64,000 bases of DNA from Takakia lepidozioides (lineage: Eukaryota > Plantae > Bryophyta), in assembly GCA_030704615.1 (NCBI GenBank), contig CM060734.1, positions 3,286,001 through 3,350,000 of the forward strand. Reading direction: 5' to 3'. Positions within the stretch are counted from its first letter, which is position 1; each line of letters begins with the position of its first letter. Shown here piece after piece: positions 11,694 through 30,116 of the stretch. The notes beneath the pieces are model-generated. The model ran no database searches and was not told where the DNA came from. It saw nothing but the letters and a program-made list of their open reading frames with translations. A program made the translations under genes and the position numbers.

Positions 11694-14546
11694 TGCACAG
11701 TGGTCTGGTGGAGGAGATGAAATGATTACGGACTACTGCTGCCAAGTCCCCAATCATTGTGTCTGGCCCAATTATTGCACAGATTATCTTTGATTCTTGC
11801 TTGCTTGATGCGCAAGAACGCAAGGTAATGGGGGTGTTTAAGGCAGCCACAACTGCAGTTGAGAAGCAAGGCTCTTCACAAGGTGAAGAAGGATTAGAGA
11901 GACAGCACCAGTCCAAGAGATAGAAGAGGGACGCAATTGTAATGGCGGATCCACTTGCCACAAGGAACCCTCACGACGATGTTTCCATAGCTCCTGCCAA
12001 TAGGGCCCACCTCCAAAAGGGGGCAGTAGCCGAAAAGTGAAGTGGCTCTTTGTTACGCCGGCTTCGGCCGGAGTCTTCTCTCTCTCTCTCTCTAGCTCCT
12101 GCCCAGGATGGGGTGCAGCAGCACAATGAGCTGTTATTGCTGGAAGCCCAAAGGGAGGAAGAAGTCACGTCAGTACCCCGGCCAGCAGAGCAAGCTGACC
12201 AAGTTGCCCCAGTGGTAACTCAGACTCAACTTGCTGTTAACCGGAGCCTCTTACTGTGGAGAGGGAGGGATTGGACATCCCCACTATAGAGCAGGTAGTG
12301 GCAGAAATTGAGAAGGGCGATCTTCTCTATGAAAACTCTGGTATGGTCGGAGATCCCATGGTACCAAAGGTACAGAGTCAACCCAAGGAAATTCCTGATG
12401 TGCAGGTTATGCCCAAACCTGTGACAGAGGTTGAAGGAGTAAAGGGCAAGGATACTGCAACACCTGTGGAAGATGAGGTTGCTCAGGAACAAGATCTTGT
12501 GGGATCATGGCCTGATTGGTTTGTGAAACATCAAATTGTTGAGAATCAGGAAAAACAACAGCAGGTTTTCCATGAAGACCCACAGCAGGCCATGGTTATG
12601 AGTTCCATAAGCAGGACTCTCAACTTGTTGGGTACCTATTTCAAGACTCATGTTCCTTCCACTCAGTTGGCAGCATTGCGGGAGGAGCTCAAGCAAGAGC
12701 TTGAGGCAAAAATTGTCACGGAGTGTGCAAATAAGGTGGATGTGGAGGCCAGCCTCAAGTTGCAGAAAGAATTGGAGGACACTAAAGCTGCGTTACAGCT
12801 TGCGAAAGAGAATTTAATTGACGCGGGTCTTGAGTAGGAGAAGTTGCATGAAGTGCATAAGCAGCAGCTATACCAGATACAGGTTCAGCATGAAGGCAAG
12901 TTGCATGAAGTGAAGTTGCTTCATATGGAATTGGAAACAGTCAATCAGAAAGTGCTCATACAGTGTGCCACACTAACGACTAGTCTGGAGATGGCTGCAA
13001 TGGAGGTCAAGAAGCAAGCTGAGAGATGTATGTCGGTGGAGACAGAAGTAATAGAGCAGGGGAAACTCATTGCTGATATGAATGATACTCTCTGTTGCAA
13101 TGAAGATACAATTCAGCAGTTGCACCAGGTCAATGCCCAGAAGGACAGACACATATTTGAGTTGCAGCAAACAATCACAGTACGGGAGAATGAACTTTCT
13201 GTGAGTGAAAGAGCTTGGAAAGAAGCCAATAATCTGTCAGCTGCCTATGCAACTCTGGTTGAGCCTCATGCAAAGCGCATGGAGACTTTACAACAGCAGT
13301 TAGAAACATACAGGCTCAAAGAGGAGCAGGATCTCCTGGTGTTACACATGACTTGGTGGATAATCATCTTTTGCAAGAATGGTTAACACAAGGGCCAGTG
13401 GAGGGGAAATCACCAAGGAAGCTCACCCAAGACGAAATGAATGATCTCAGGTTACGGGTGCAGAACATTACCACAACCACTATAGACAATGTTTATAGTC
13501 GGATAACTGAGTTGCAGGAGGATGTGGAAGGGCTTCAGACTCAAGTGGATGACTTGAGTTTCAACATTGAGAAACGGGCCTTTGTTGCTGAGAAACAGCT
13601 CATGGCTACTTACTTGCGGGCAAGGACTTTGATTTTCAATCTTCAGCGCAGAAAGTGTAGGACTTGCCAACATCAGGAGGGACTGTGGCAACAACATCAC
13701 AGCAGCCACACCAAGTAGACAGTGTTGATACCATGGCACTGCAGCAATCACTGTCTGAGGTTTGGGGTGATGCTTCTTTTAACCCACCTACTACTCCTGC
13801 AGCACTTGAATACAATCGGGCTATGATTCTACCCTTCAACCAAATTCCCATTGTTATGGATTTGGCTTGGAAAGAATTAAGTCCTCTAGAGTCTTTGGCA
13901 CACTATTACCAGATTATGCGCATTTGGTTGTCAGTGGCAACTCGGACTAAAGTTCTTCCAACTGACAGACCCATTGAAGATGACCATTTTGCGCGGTACT
14001 GGTCTAAGGCAGGAACCATGTTGAAGGAATTAATTGCCTTTCAGATTGTTCATGGATTCATCTACACCAAGACCAAGAAGGTACCTAGTTTGGTCATGGG
14101 TTGTGGGCTGTATTATGCTGCTTGTTTTATTTTACGCTACCACACTGAGCAACAAAAGATGCAGATGAGGTTTCAGACTTATTCCAGTGGGGAGCATTGG
14201 ACGTTACCTCCAGTTCCACCACACATATATCTGTATGATGTAAGGATCATGCTTCAGAAGGATCTCCAACTCCATTCTTTGATTTACTTTTGCTCTGGAG
14301 AACTTGGCCAAGGAGAACTTGGGTCTTGACCACATTTTTCCCAAGGGGCATGAAGCCAGGAAGTGGCTACACTTCTCCAAAGTCATTGGCACACCACTCA
14401 GCTATACAGATGATGAGCTACGGGCATATACTAATCTTGCCCGAAAGAGGTTGACACAAGTCTTACAATATAAGCTTCCAGACATGGTGGGCATACACTG
14501 TATGCCAGTCAGGATTCCTGAGAAGCCACAGAAGGTCAGGAAATAG
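11694..14546 (+). pseudogene. Broken extra ORF(s) encoding a long coiled-coil protein of unknown function
   Basis: Consecutive same-strand ORFs (12256..12837, 12844..13386, 13353..13718, 13664..14329, 14304..14546); the first three are E/Q/K/L-rich and heptad-like. Confidence 0.55.
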
Positions 14547-14854
14547 TACGGCCAGTGGGGGGAAGATGATTCGGATACTACTGGTTTTGTAGACGAGAAT
14601 TTTGACATGGCTGAGGATTATGCGATACAAATGGCGGAGAAGAACGACGGGGATCTCCTATGCCTGAAAAGTTACCTCCATATCAGCCTAAGGCAGGGCA
14701 GTCAGCTCCATCTAATCGACAGTCATCCCCACCAGCCAGCGACATGGCTCGGGCTCACACACAGAGCCCTCCGAGGGACTCTCACCAGCAGAAGGGTGCT
14801 CGTTCACAAAGGTTTGCTGATCCTAAGCAGTAAACCGTGAGGACACGGCTTTTT

Positions 14855-14868
14855 GAGAGGGGGAGGGA
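14855..14868 (+). promoter_or_regulatory. Polypurine tract
   Basis: GAGAGGGGGAGGGA a few bases before the TGTTAG LTR start. Confidence 0.8.
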
Positions 14869-14871
14869 TAA

Positions 14872-15824
14872 TGTTAGAGGGCTGTCTGGGACTTAGACAG
14901 TTTTACGGGTTCTGTGGGGTACCCTTAATTTTGCGCAGACCTACGGGTGGTAGACTCAGACCAACACAGGCCTTAGGGGTGACAGACAGGCTCACACAGT
15001 CAATAGTCAAAGGCTTACACAGCCTATCACAGCCAGTCACAGTTTTACACAGTCTATTACAGTCTGACACAGTCTGTCGCAGCCCGACACAGCCTGTCAC
15101 AATCAGACACAGCCTAACACAGAGTGACACAGTCAGTCACAACCCGACACAGCCAGTCATAGCCCGACACAGCTTGGCACAGCCCGTCACAACGTTCACA
15201 GGGAACGGTTATCATTGGCAGGGAACGACTATGTGGGAACGACATCTGCAGAGGGAACGTGTGTTTTGTCTTGGATGACAGTTAGTTAGTTAGGCGGTTA
15301 GAACATCTTGCAAGTAGAATAGGCAGAGTAGCTACATGGAGGGGGTCACTTCTTAGAGGACTTCTTGAACATGCTTCTCGCATCACGACGGAGAGCACAA
15401 TCTTGGAGCGCATGGATGGAGATTACGACGAGATGATGCTTGATACATGCAAGCTGTAGAGATGCACTGTAGAGCAAATTAGAAATACCATGGCTTCGGC
15501 CTGATACATGATAGATATTAATATGATTCCTATTTCATACTCACACCGTGTAGAGAGATATGAGTGAAGCTGTGGAATGAATACTTGAGTAGATGGAATA
15601 TGGTAGATTGCAGAAGCAATCTGATACTTAATCATAGACAGTAAGGTAACTTGCTAACATGAATGCGAGGAGGAATACAAAAAGGAAGCACCCCCATGAT
15701 ACACTAGCTGTAGGTCATGACTGATTGTTCTGAGCGGGACGAGTACTTAGAGATATCCAACTCTTCTATCTTGGAGTTTCCACCTCGGATAGCGAAGGGA
15801 TGGGTAAGTAAAAGCCGCTCGACA
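14872..15824 (+). mobile_element. 3' LTR (953 bp, TG...CA) with an internal ACAG-rich minisatellite at ~14980-15190
   Basis: Follows the PPT, ends CCGCTCGACA, and is homologous to the PBS-adjacent LTR at 973. Confidence 0.85.
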
Positions 15825-15849
15825 ACACGGCAACACGACATGATATTGT

Positions 15850-17080
15850 TCGAGCGCTTCTGCAGACAGCTAGATATATAAAGTTCTTGAGGGGAGGGCT
15901 TAAGGGAGTTGGGCCAAACTGGGAGGAACTACTATTGCGTGCAGCATGAGGTCCAATGATCCCGCGAAATGGGGGGAGGCGGTACGGTCCTGTGTAGTGG
16001 GGGACACCGTTGCACAGCCACGCAGATGGTTTGGAAGGCGATCTAGTGACAAAGACCACAAAGCGGAAGATAGTACTTTGCGACCTTCAAGATGACAAAG
16101 AAGAACACTCTTGGAGGGCAGACAAGAACCTGAAAACGGGACCCAGGAAGGCACATGGAGCAGGTGGATCAAGGGAGAACCCAGTTGAAACCAATTCAGA
16201 TGAGGACATGCCTCCCGGAGGCACAAGTCCGCCCGTCCAACATGGGAAGCCTGTTTTGAGATGTCCGTGTCCACAACAATATGGCATAAGAACAAGCGAT
16301 GTATCTTGGGCCCACTGCTCGGCTATCCGGGTGGATAGCGGGGAGCCTTGCAAACAACCTATCCGCAGTTCCAAATCCCGGGGAGTTCCTGCCCCCCGGT
16401 ATGAGGGACTTTTCCGACCCCCATACTTTGAAACTGCGAAGAAACAGGTGTTCTGGTTCTGTGCAGAAGACATATAGCAGTGTGTTTGGGGAAGGAGTCA
16501 CAAGGATGCCAAAGACAGGCCAGATCCACCCTTTGTATGGCTGGTGATGGTGAGGACGAATTTGACCCAGGATGAAGTGGAGTGTCCGCCGCAGGGTTCA
16601 GACTTGTTCCTCGGGATGACATTCGTCAATCCCACGTGGATGCAGAGTGTGCAGCTACAATCGGCAGAGTCCCGGATCGTAACTATTACCCAAAAACATG
16701 GTGGAACAGGCCGTTGAACTGCAAGAAACAAACAACGGTTATGCGGACCAAGGTCGGGTTGGCAATGTCTTTGACGGCGAGCGTCCGGTCCTTCCGTGAT
16801 GTCCCTCGCCCTGGAGTTGGCCGAGTTTACAGTGTGAGCACTGCAGGGTCCTCCAAAAAAGGGGAGATTTACAACGTCGCCATCGGCACTTACCCGGAGT
16901 GCACCTGCATGGATTTCTAGAAGATGCAAAAGTTGAAAGAATCTTATACTCACTGCAAGCACATTTACTACATCATCTTGCGATGTCTTCGAGTCTGCGC
17001 CGACTTGCCAGTGATAAACCACCCTATTTTAAGTATTAATTAGATCTGCTACTACTGAAGGAGAGCTGTCAGGAAACACA
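15850..17080 (+). pseudogene. SWIM zinc-finger protein remnant (transposon-associated)
   Basis: Reading through one stop gives YNVAIGTYPECTCMDF*KMQKLKESYTHCKHIYYII, a CxC...CxH SWIM motif at ~16870-16980. The upstream ORF 16010..16477 is on the same strand. Confidence 0.7.
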
Positions 17081-17289
17081 GTAAGAGGCAGAGAAGCAGA
17101 CCTGGAAGTATGATATGCGTGGAATGACGTCCTACTTATGCGTCTGGACAGCTGCTTGGAACTCACAGAGCTGCCACCATTTCGAATGGACGGGACAAAA
17201 TGGGGATAGTGGACAAGTGGCAACCCAAAAGGCGATTTTTAATACCCCGTACCCGGGAAGGTGGCGGCGCATTTACATCCTAGACGGGG

Positions 17290-17730
17290 CTGGATGAGAC
17301 CATCATGGAATTTGGCACCGACTTTCCATCCGTCGGGGTTGGATGAGACGTCGATGGATGGTAATTCGGCGCCGACTTTCCATCCGTCGGTGTTGGATGA
17401 GACGTCGATGGATGGTAATTCGGTGCCGACTTTGCATCCATCTGGGTTGCATGAGACGAGCATGGATGCAAAGTCTGTGCGGACTTCCCATTCATCGGAA
17501 GTCTGTGCCGACTTTTCATCCATGCTGGTTGGATGACACCAGCATGGATGGAAAGTCACTCCTGACTTCCCATCCCACAGAAGTTTGTGCCGACTTTGCA
17601 TCCATCTAGGTTGGATGAGAATGGATGGAAAGTCGGCGCAGACTTCCCATCCATCAGAGGTCTTTGCCAACTTTGCATCCATGTGGGTTCGATGAGACCA
17701 GCATTGTCCGAAATCCGGCGTATCCATCGG
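17290..17730. repeat. Tandem ~54-bp repeats with palindromic core (GCCGACTTTCCATCC / GGATGG...TCGGC), decaying to ~17950
   Basis: GGATGAGAC recurs at 17292, 17341, 17395 and ~17449, matching the 18-aa periodicity in the overlapping ORFs. Confidence 0.85.
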
Positions 17731-18079
17731 GGTTGGTCTTTAGAAGTCGGTACATAATTGGACAGTTTTACAATTGCATAATTCCAAATTTACCGTAAAT
17801 GCACAGTCGGCACAGACTTCTCTTGGTCTGCACAATTAACTATCCAAAAAACAGACAAATGGAGAATAACAATTTTGTCTGAATTGGAAGTCCGCACAGA
17901 CTTTCCGGCAGCCTTACAAATCCCGGCCTAACTGGGAAAAGAAATGCGGAATAGGTCGCCAAGACGTCTGCAAAATGGACCTAAGAAAATGGCACATACT
18001 AAGAAACAGTGCACATCAGCAAACCATTCTGAACACATTTCACTGTAATTCTACTCCGACCAAGAACATGGGTCATTCC

Positions 18080-20060
18080 GAAGCCCAAGTCTCCAATGTC
18101 ATCTAAGTCATTCAAGTCTAATCATTTTTTTCCACAGAGCCTACGACCAGATTTGAACCGGAGACCTTTCCCTTGATATCTCTCCCGTCAAGGCTCCAAC
18201 CATTGTCCCATGAATGCCCACTTTGCCATTTTTGCTATTTTTTGTGAATTTCCAGCGACCAAAAGCACTTGGAATTCCACATCTCCCACACCGCAGGTCC
18301 AAAAATCATGAGACCAAGCCCGTGCACCCCTCCTCGTCGAGGGCTCTCCAACGGTACCAAGCACCAGCGCTGGGGCCTTGCGGTTTGGGACATCTCAACG
18401 TGACAAAACAAAACAAAACAAAATATAGGAGACCCACTTGGATTCATAAGAAATTGCACTTGGGCTTAGATTTCAATTCTTCACACATGGGCCTTAACAT
18501 AGGAGACGCTACTTGAATACATAGGGGATTGCACTTGGACTTAGATTTCAATTCTTAACACTTGGGCCAATGGCGCAGGCTACCCTAGGTTAGATCTCCC
18601 AAACAAGAGGGTCTCTAGATACATAGGGGATTGCACTTGGAGACTTGGGCACAGGCTACCCTAGTCAATATATGAAGCGAGACGTTTTGTTTTGTTTTGT
18701 TTTGTTTGTTTGTTTGTAGCGTCGTTGAGATCTCCCAAACCGTGAGGCCCCGGCGCTGGTGCTTGGTACCGTTGGAAAGCCCTCGATGAGAAGGGGTGCA
18801 CCAGCTTGGTCTCATGATTTTTGGACCCACGGTGTGGGAGATGTCGAATTTCAAGTACTTTTCTCTAAAAATTCGGGAAAAATAGCAAAGTGGACTTTCC
18901 TGGAGCAATGATTGGCCCTTGACATGGGAGATTTGGAATTATGGACATTCGCGAAAAATAGCAAAGTGGATATATCAATATATGAAGCCTCGATAGAGGA
19001 GATTGCAAAAATAGCAAAGTGGGCTTTCCTGGAACAATGACGTGGAGATCTCCCAAACTGTAGGGACTTGGACTTAGATGACAACGGACACTTGGGAGAC
19101 GCACTTGGATACATAGGGGATTGCACTTGGGCTTAGATTTCATTCTTCACACATGGGCCAACGGCATAGGCTACCCTAGAGGTTGCACTTGGGCCTCGAC
19201 ATAGGAGACGCACTTGGATACAGGGGATTGCACTTGGAATTTCAAGTATTTTTGGTCGCTGGAAATTTATGAGGCCCACGTGTGAAGAGTAATAATCCAA
19301 TCATTGTTCCAAGAAAGCCCACTTTGTTTGACACACTTGGATACATAGGGGATTGCACCTGGACTTAGATGACACCGGCTTGGTCTCATGATTTTTGGAC
19401 CTGCGGTGTGGGAGATGTGGAATTCAAGTACTTTGGGTCGCTGGAAATTCACGAAAAATAACAAAAATATCAAAAATGGGCATTCCTGGGACAATGGTTG
19501 GAGCCTCGGCAGGAGAGATATCAAGGCAAAGGTCTCTGGTTCAAATCTGGTTGTAGGCTCTGTGGAAAAAAATGGATTACTACACTTAGCAAAGTGGGCT
19601 TTCCTGGAGCAGTGATTGGCCCTTCACGTGGGAGATTTGGAATTTCAAGTACTTTTGGTCGCTGGAAATTCGCGAAAAATAGCAAAGTGGAGATATATCA
19701 ATATATGAAGCCTCGACAGGGGAGATTGCAAAAATAGCAAAGTGGGCTTTGTTGGAACAATGACGCGGAGATCTCCCAAAGTGTAGGGTCTCTGGATACA
19801 TAGGGGATTGCACTTGGACTTAAATGACATTGGACACTGAGGTCGCACTTGGGCCTCGACATAGGAGACGCACTGGATACATAGGAAATTGCACTTGGTC
19901 TTAGATTTCAATTCTTCACACTTGGGCCAAAGGGACAGGCTACCCTAGAGGTCGCACTTGGGCCTCGACATAGGAGACGCACAGGGATACATAGAAGATC
20001 TACACTTGGGCGTAGATGACACTTGACACTTGGGCCAACAGCACAGGCTACCCTAGTCCT
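18080..20060. repeat. Mosaic of degenerate dispersed-repeat modules in both orientations (non-autonomous TE remnant)
   Basis: Recurrent GATACATAGGGGATTGCACTTGG, AAATAGCAAAGTGG and GGTCTCATGATTTTTGGACC. 18130-18320 is an inverted copy of ~19380-19570. Confidence 0.75.
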
Positions 20061-20690
20061 TGGTAACAAAGGATGGCCACTGGGCCACGAAACCAACAAT
20101 ATCACACTCAACAACGCACTAGGATTTGAGTCCTGAATCACCTGGGTGGCACATTATCTATTTTAATTAATTAATTATTTGAATAAAAGGGGATGGATAT
20201 ACCTCCGAGAGTAAGCTCAATTGGACAACATATGCCCAATAGATTCACCAGAAACTTAGAAAGCTAAGAAAACAATATGATGGACTGAGCTACCAACTGG
20301 TTGTTTAAGAAAAAAAATCTTTCTATTTAAAAAATACAAAAAAGTAAAAATAGACGATTATAGGAAAAAATATGATATGCATAGATGAATGCTTGAGACC
20401 AACCAAAATTGGTCTAACGTGATATATAAAAGATTATGTATTGGGACCATTGATGAACCTAGCTCACAAGTCTAAGTTAACCTCCCAGAGGGAATCCAGG
20501 CATAATTGCACCGAAAAACATTACCGATAAGTGAACGAGTTTGTGGATTTGAACCAGGACGGAAGAGCTGGGGCGCGCAGTGGACCAACCAGTGCGCTAC
20601 GTGTGGCAAGCAATATCTGGGTGTGGTCGCGGGCTGCCTACTTGGGGTTGTGCAAACGAGAGAGAGAGAGGGAGAGAGTGTTGTTGAGCG

Positions 20691-26470
<5,780 letters not shown>

Positions 26471-27230
26471 CTGGTGTAGGACTGCTCATTGTTTGTCTAT
26501 ATTCAAATCTTATTTTTGCTACCATTAGTGTAGGTCACTTAGCTGCCCGCAGAAATTGCACAAAGTGAAAAATCTGCTCTCTGAAAGCTGATATTTGTCT
26601 TTATACTCCTTTGGCAACCAGATTGGATGAAGCAAAATCCATTTCTTGAGTTTTAGGAAAATGTTAGGCTGCACCAGGGTAATTGTTGTGTAAGGAAAAT
26701 GGTGGCCAAGTCTGCGTCCAAGGGAAATAACCTCTCTAGTCAGTGCTTGCATATCCTTTTCCAGATGATCTCTATGTTCCAGTCTCTGTCTATGGTAAGC
26801 AGAATCTCATTTGTCTCGCGCTCAAGATCTTTTTCTTGATTACCCAAGTTCACCAATTTGGTTATACTGAAGTAGACATCAGTAGGTGCTCAAATACTCT
26901 CTTGCCTGGAACTTGGAAGAGTTGAAGGGAAGCCAGACTGACATCTGCCAGTTTTATTAGGTAAATATCTTAGTGTGTTTGTATGATACAGGAATGTGAA
27001 GGGTGTTTTCTGTTTTTCATTCATCCATCTGAAAAGGAATCATCATTCATCTTGTGGATGGGGAAAATGGAACCCTAATCCCCTGTTTTTCATGTGAAGA
27101 AGGATAGATCTCTCTCTCTTCCGCTGCTTATTTTGCTGCATGTGAGCAACAGAGAAATGTGGTGTTGCAGCCTTGGATTGACTCTGCAGGGAGGAGATCT
27201 GACCTCAATTTTGAGGGATCCATTCAAGAG

Positions 27231-29020
27231 ATGCGCAAGCAAGGACGTCCACCACGTCCATCTCCTGCAACACCTGCCAGTGCCTCTCTGCTCCCTGACA
27301 ACACACAACCCTCCTTGTCTGCCGTTTCCCTGCCATCGGTAACTAAGAAAAAGTTCTTCGAGCTGTATGCTACGACGGTGGGAAAGAACTCAAATCGAAG
27401 CAGAGATGAGAGCTGTGATTCAGAGGACGGAGATGAACGGGCTTCCAAGAAACCTAGGAACCTGCTACAGCAAGCTTCAAATACGGAAGAGATCACTGCT
27501 GTCGAGGAAGCGTCTCGTCCCTCATCGAGACCCTCGTCTGAAGACTGGAGCATGCCAACGGACACCATGGTTGCTCTGGAGATGATGTGTGCTCAGTTTC
27601 CTAAGATGGAGAAGACGATGCTGCGGCCTTTTGTGCTGAGATCACAGCTCTACAGCAGCGTCAACGATCGTACTATTGTTGATCGTGAGCTCGAAGTTTT
27701 AAGGCTGCAGCAGGTCAGGCTTCTTTCCAAATTTCCCCACCTGCATGCAATGTTCCACAACTCCCGCGTTAAATTTCATTGTTGATGATCAAAGGGAGGT
27801 CTCTTTAGAGGTGCGGGTCATGTAGGGCCGGGGTTTAGAAACTCAATTTGAAAAGAGGTTGTGTTGGAACAAAGTTCACCACCAATCAACCTATCTCCCG
27901 TGCCAATGCCTCAAGACATGATCCTGCCTTGGACTCTATCAACTGTCATCATTTTGCATCATAATCATCAACATCTTTTGTATAATTGAGTATTTCCCAA
28001 TTGTAAAGAGAATAAATCGTTAAGTATGAAGCTGAGCATGGAGAGCTCAAATTACACATCGCATATCTTTTGAGGCTCACATGTTCTGCAATGATGTCTT
28101 TGCCAGGCCTTTAATGTATTTAAATATGCCTGCCTAGTTAGCCATTTCTGCACATAGGGAACACTGGCAGCCTGATTTCAGTAAAATTCAGGAAACTTAC
28201 ATATGCTTCTGACAGCTTAGAAAATTACATCCCCTGCACTCCAGCTACATACTTCATAGTTGTTGTGAGACTGGGCAATGTATTCAATACTTGCTCTATC
28301 CAATATCTCGTATATACCGAATGTGTGCTAGTCATGGAATTGTGATGATTTAAAGGCTGCAGAACATGAATGGGGCCACCTGGCCAAATCAGCTTCAAGC
28401 AACCACATTTTGTATTTGATATGTCCATATGTAGGTCTACTACTATGAAGCCATTGACGCATTGTGAATTTTTCTTGTAGGTGGTCCGTACATTCAAGTT
28501 GAGTACAGGTCAAGATGACTACACCATCATGTTCCTGGCTGATTACCTTTCGCTGATTGAGGCAGCAAAGAAGAGATTAGCCAGAAAGAATTTACCAATG
28601 GAACTAGCTATTTTTTATTGGTTCAAAGCCCATGTTATTCCGTCCCACTTGGATGCCAGTATAGCACACTCGCAACTCATGAGATTGTTGTCTGAGGGAG
28701 GATCAGCTAAGGAGAGTCACGTCTCTCTTCTCATGAATGCAGGGCTTCTAGTCAGACAGCTTGTTGATGAAACCTCATATTGGTTTTCGATCCCGAATGT
28801 TGGATTTGTGCTAAAAAGCCTGAGCAAAGGGCGGCAAGAAGTATTGTCTTTTCTGACCCGGCGGAGGTACAGAGAGATGTCGCAAGGTCCATTGGAGAGA
28901 CGACTGTTACGGTATTCCCAGCTTGGCATGCGTTTCCATCTTCGTGATTTACTAGGCTTGGGAAAGATCCATGTAATACCTTCTCCATCCGGCCCTCAAA
29001 TTCGGCTTGCTCGTGACTGA
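27231..29020 (+). CDS. STK19: STK19-like winged-helix protein; exons 27231-27713 and 28481-29020
   Basis: PFVLRSQLYSSVNDRTIVDRELE...VRTFKL...LLMNAGLLVR...YWFSIPNVG...GRQEVL...LGMRFHLRDLLG matches the STK19 family as I recall it. Phase-0 GT-AG intron. Start codon uncertain. Confidence 0.85.
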
Positions 29021-29531
29021 GAATCATCTGTAGTCTACCCTTATGGGAAGCAGATGAGCTCCGGTGCCTTAACATTCCCCACATCAAGGAGCAGAGTTGT
29101 GAATTGGTCTGCATGCAGGGGGCATGCAGATATGTTGCTTGATTGATGTGCAATCAGGGTTTTCATGACGGCGTGCCAAAGAGTTATCAGCGCCCTCCTC
29201 TCAAAGTGCATGAAATTTTGGGTGATGTGAAGAAGGATCTGCATTGTCTGTTCACATGAAGGTCAAGTCTCAATGTGCGTTACAGCCTCTATTCTTATAG
29301 ACAAGAAGCCCATTTAGTTTGGCATTTATGTTAGAATAATTCTTTCTCATAGAAGGGAAATTTATATACCCTCATATCCATTTAGTGTTTTCTCATCTGG
29401 TAGGGGCAAGCACTGCACAATGCAGTAAGGTTGGTTATTTTGTCTCAAGGTGCATTACGGCCTCCATTTTTATAGACAAGAAACCCATATATTTTGGCAT
29501 TTATGTTAGAATAATTCTTTCTCATAGAAAG

Positions 29532-30116
29532 CGTCGCGAGGTGCGGCTGCCGGCGCCACAATTCGGGCTCCGTCGGCGCCAGGACTCAAGTGCCTGGTGC
29601 GGGCGGTGGCTTCCCGTTGCTGATGCTCCCAACGGGCGCGGCTTGGCGTTTCGGCGGGGTCCTCGCGTGGGCTCTCGTCTCGGCTTCTGCCCGGGCGTCG
29701 CGGGCACTCATTTTCTCCTGCTCCCCTTCAAGGGGCGCACGGGGCCACCCCAACTCTCTCCACTCGTTTCCAGCTCGCACGCTTACTCACTAGTTTTTGG
29801 TCACCAACGGGCTTGCACCGTTATCGGGTTACAACTCTCTATATATACTTCTGTAGGTGTCCGCGGGGATTTCACAAGTAGCCAAGTCCAAATCTGGTGC
29901 ATCGCCACTTAGACCCTCGACCGTCCCTGTGGTGAGCCGTGGTGAGTCTTGGCCCACCCACCACGGCCCCAATGGACCGTGGTGAGTCCCAAGACTTCCC
30001 ACGACTCTCACCACAAGGCCTCAGCCTCACGGTGAGTCTTATGTCACCCCCACTACGATTCCCTATGCTATCACCACCCCACGTGGAGCCCCCACCACCG
30101 CCACCCGGTTTGCGGA
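29532..30116 (-). mobile_element. Partial LTR of a related chromovirus subfamily
   Basis: Shares GCTTACTCACTAGTTTTTG and ACCACGGCCCCAATGGACCGTG with the adjacent LTR. Its terminus is CGTCGCG, a variant of TGTCGCG. Confidence 0.75.

Larger units (their letters stand above)
7375..15824 (+). mobile_element. 5'-truncated non-chromovirus Ty3/Gypsy LTR retrotransposon with long extra 3' ORF region
   Basis: RT-RNaseH-INT order, extra ORFs, PPT and 3' LTR are present. No 5' LTR or gag. Confidence 0.9.

Noticed and set aside
973-15824. The two related LTRs as ends of one element
   Set aside because: They are in opposite orientation. One adjoins a PBS pointing out of the window and the other follows a PPT.
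19489-19560. Functional tRNA gene
   Set aside because: Only box-like motifs; I could not build a convincing cloverleaf.
27231-29020. Protein kinase, from the STK19 name
   Set aside because: No kinase motifs. STK19 is a winged-helix protein linked to transcription-coupled repair.
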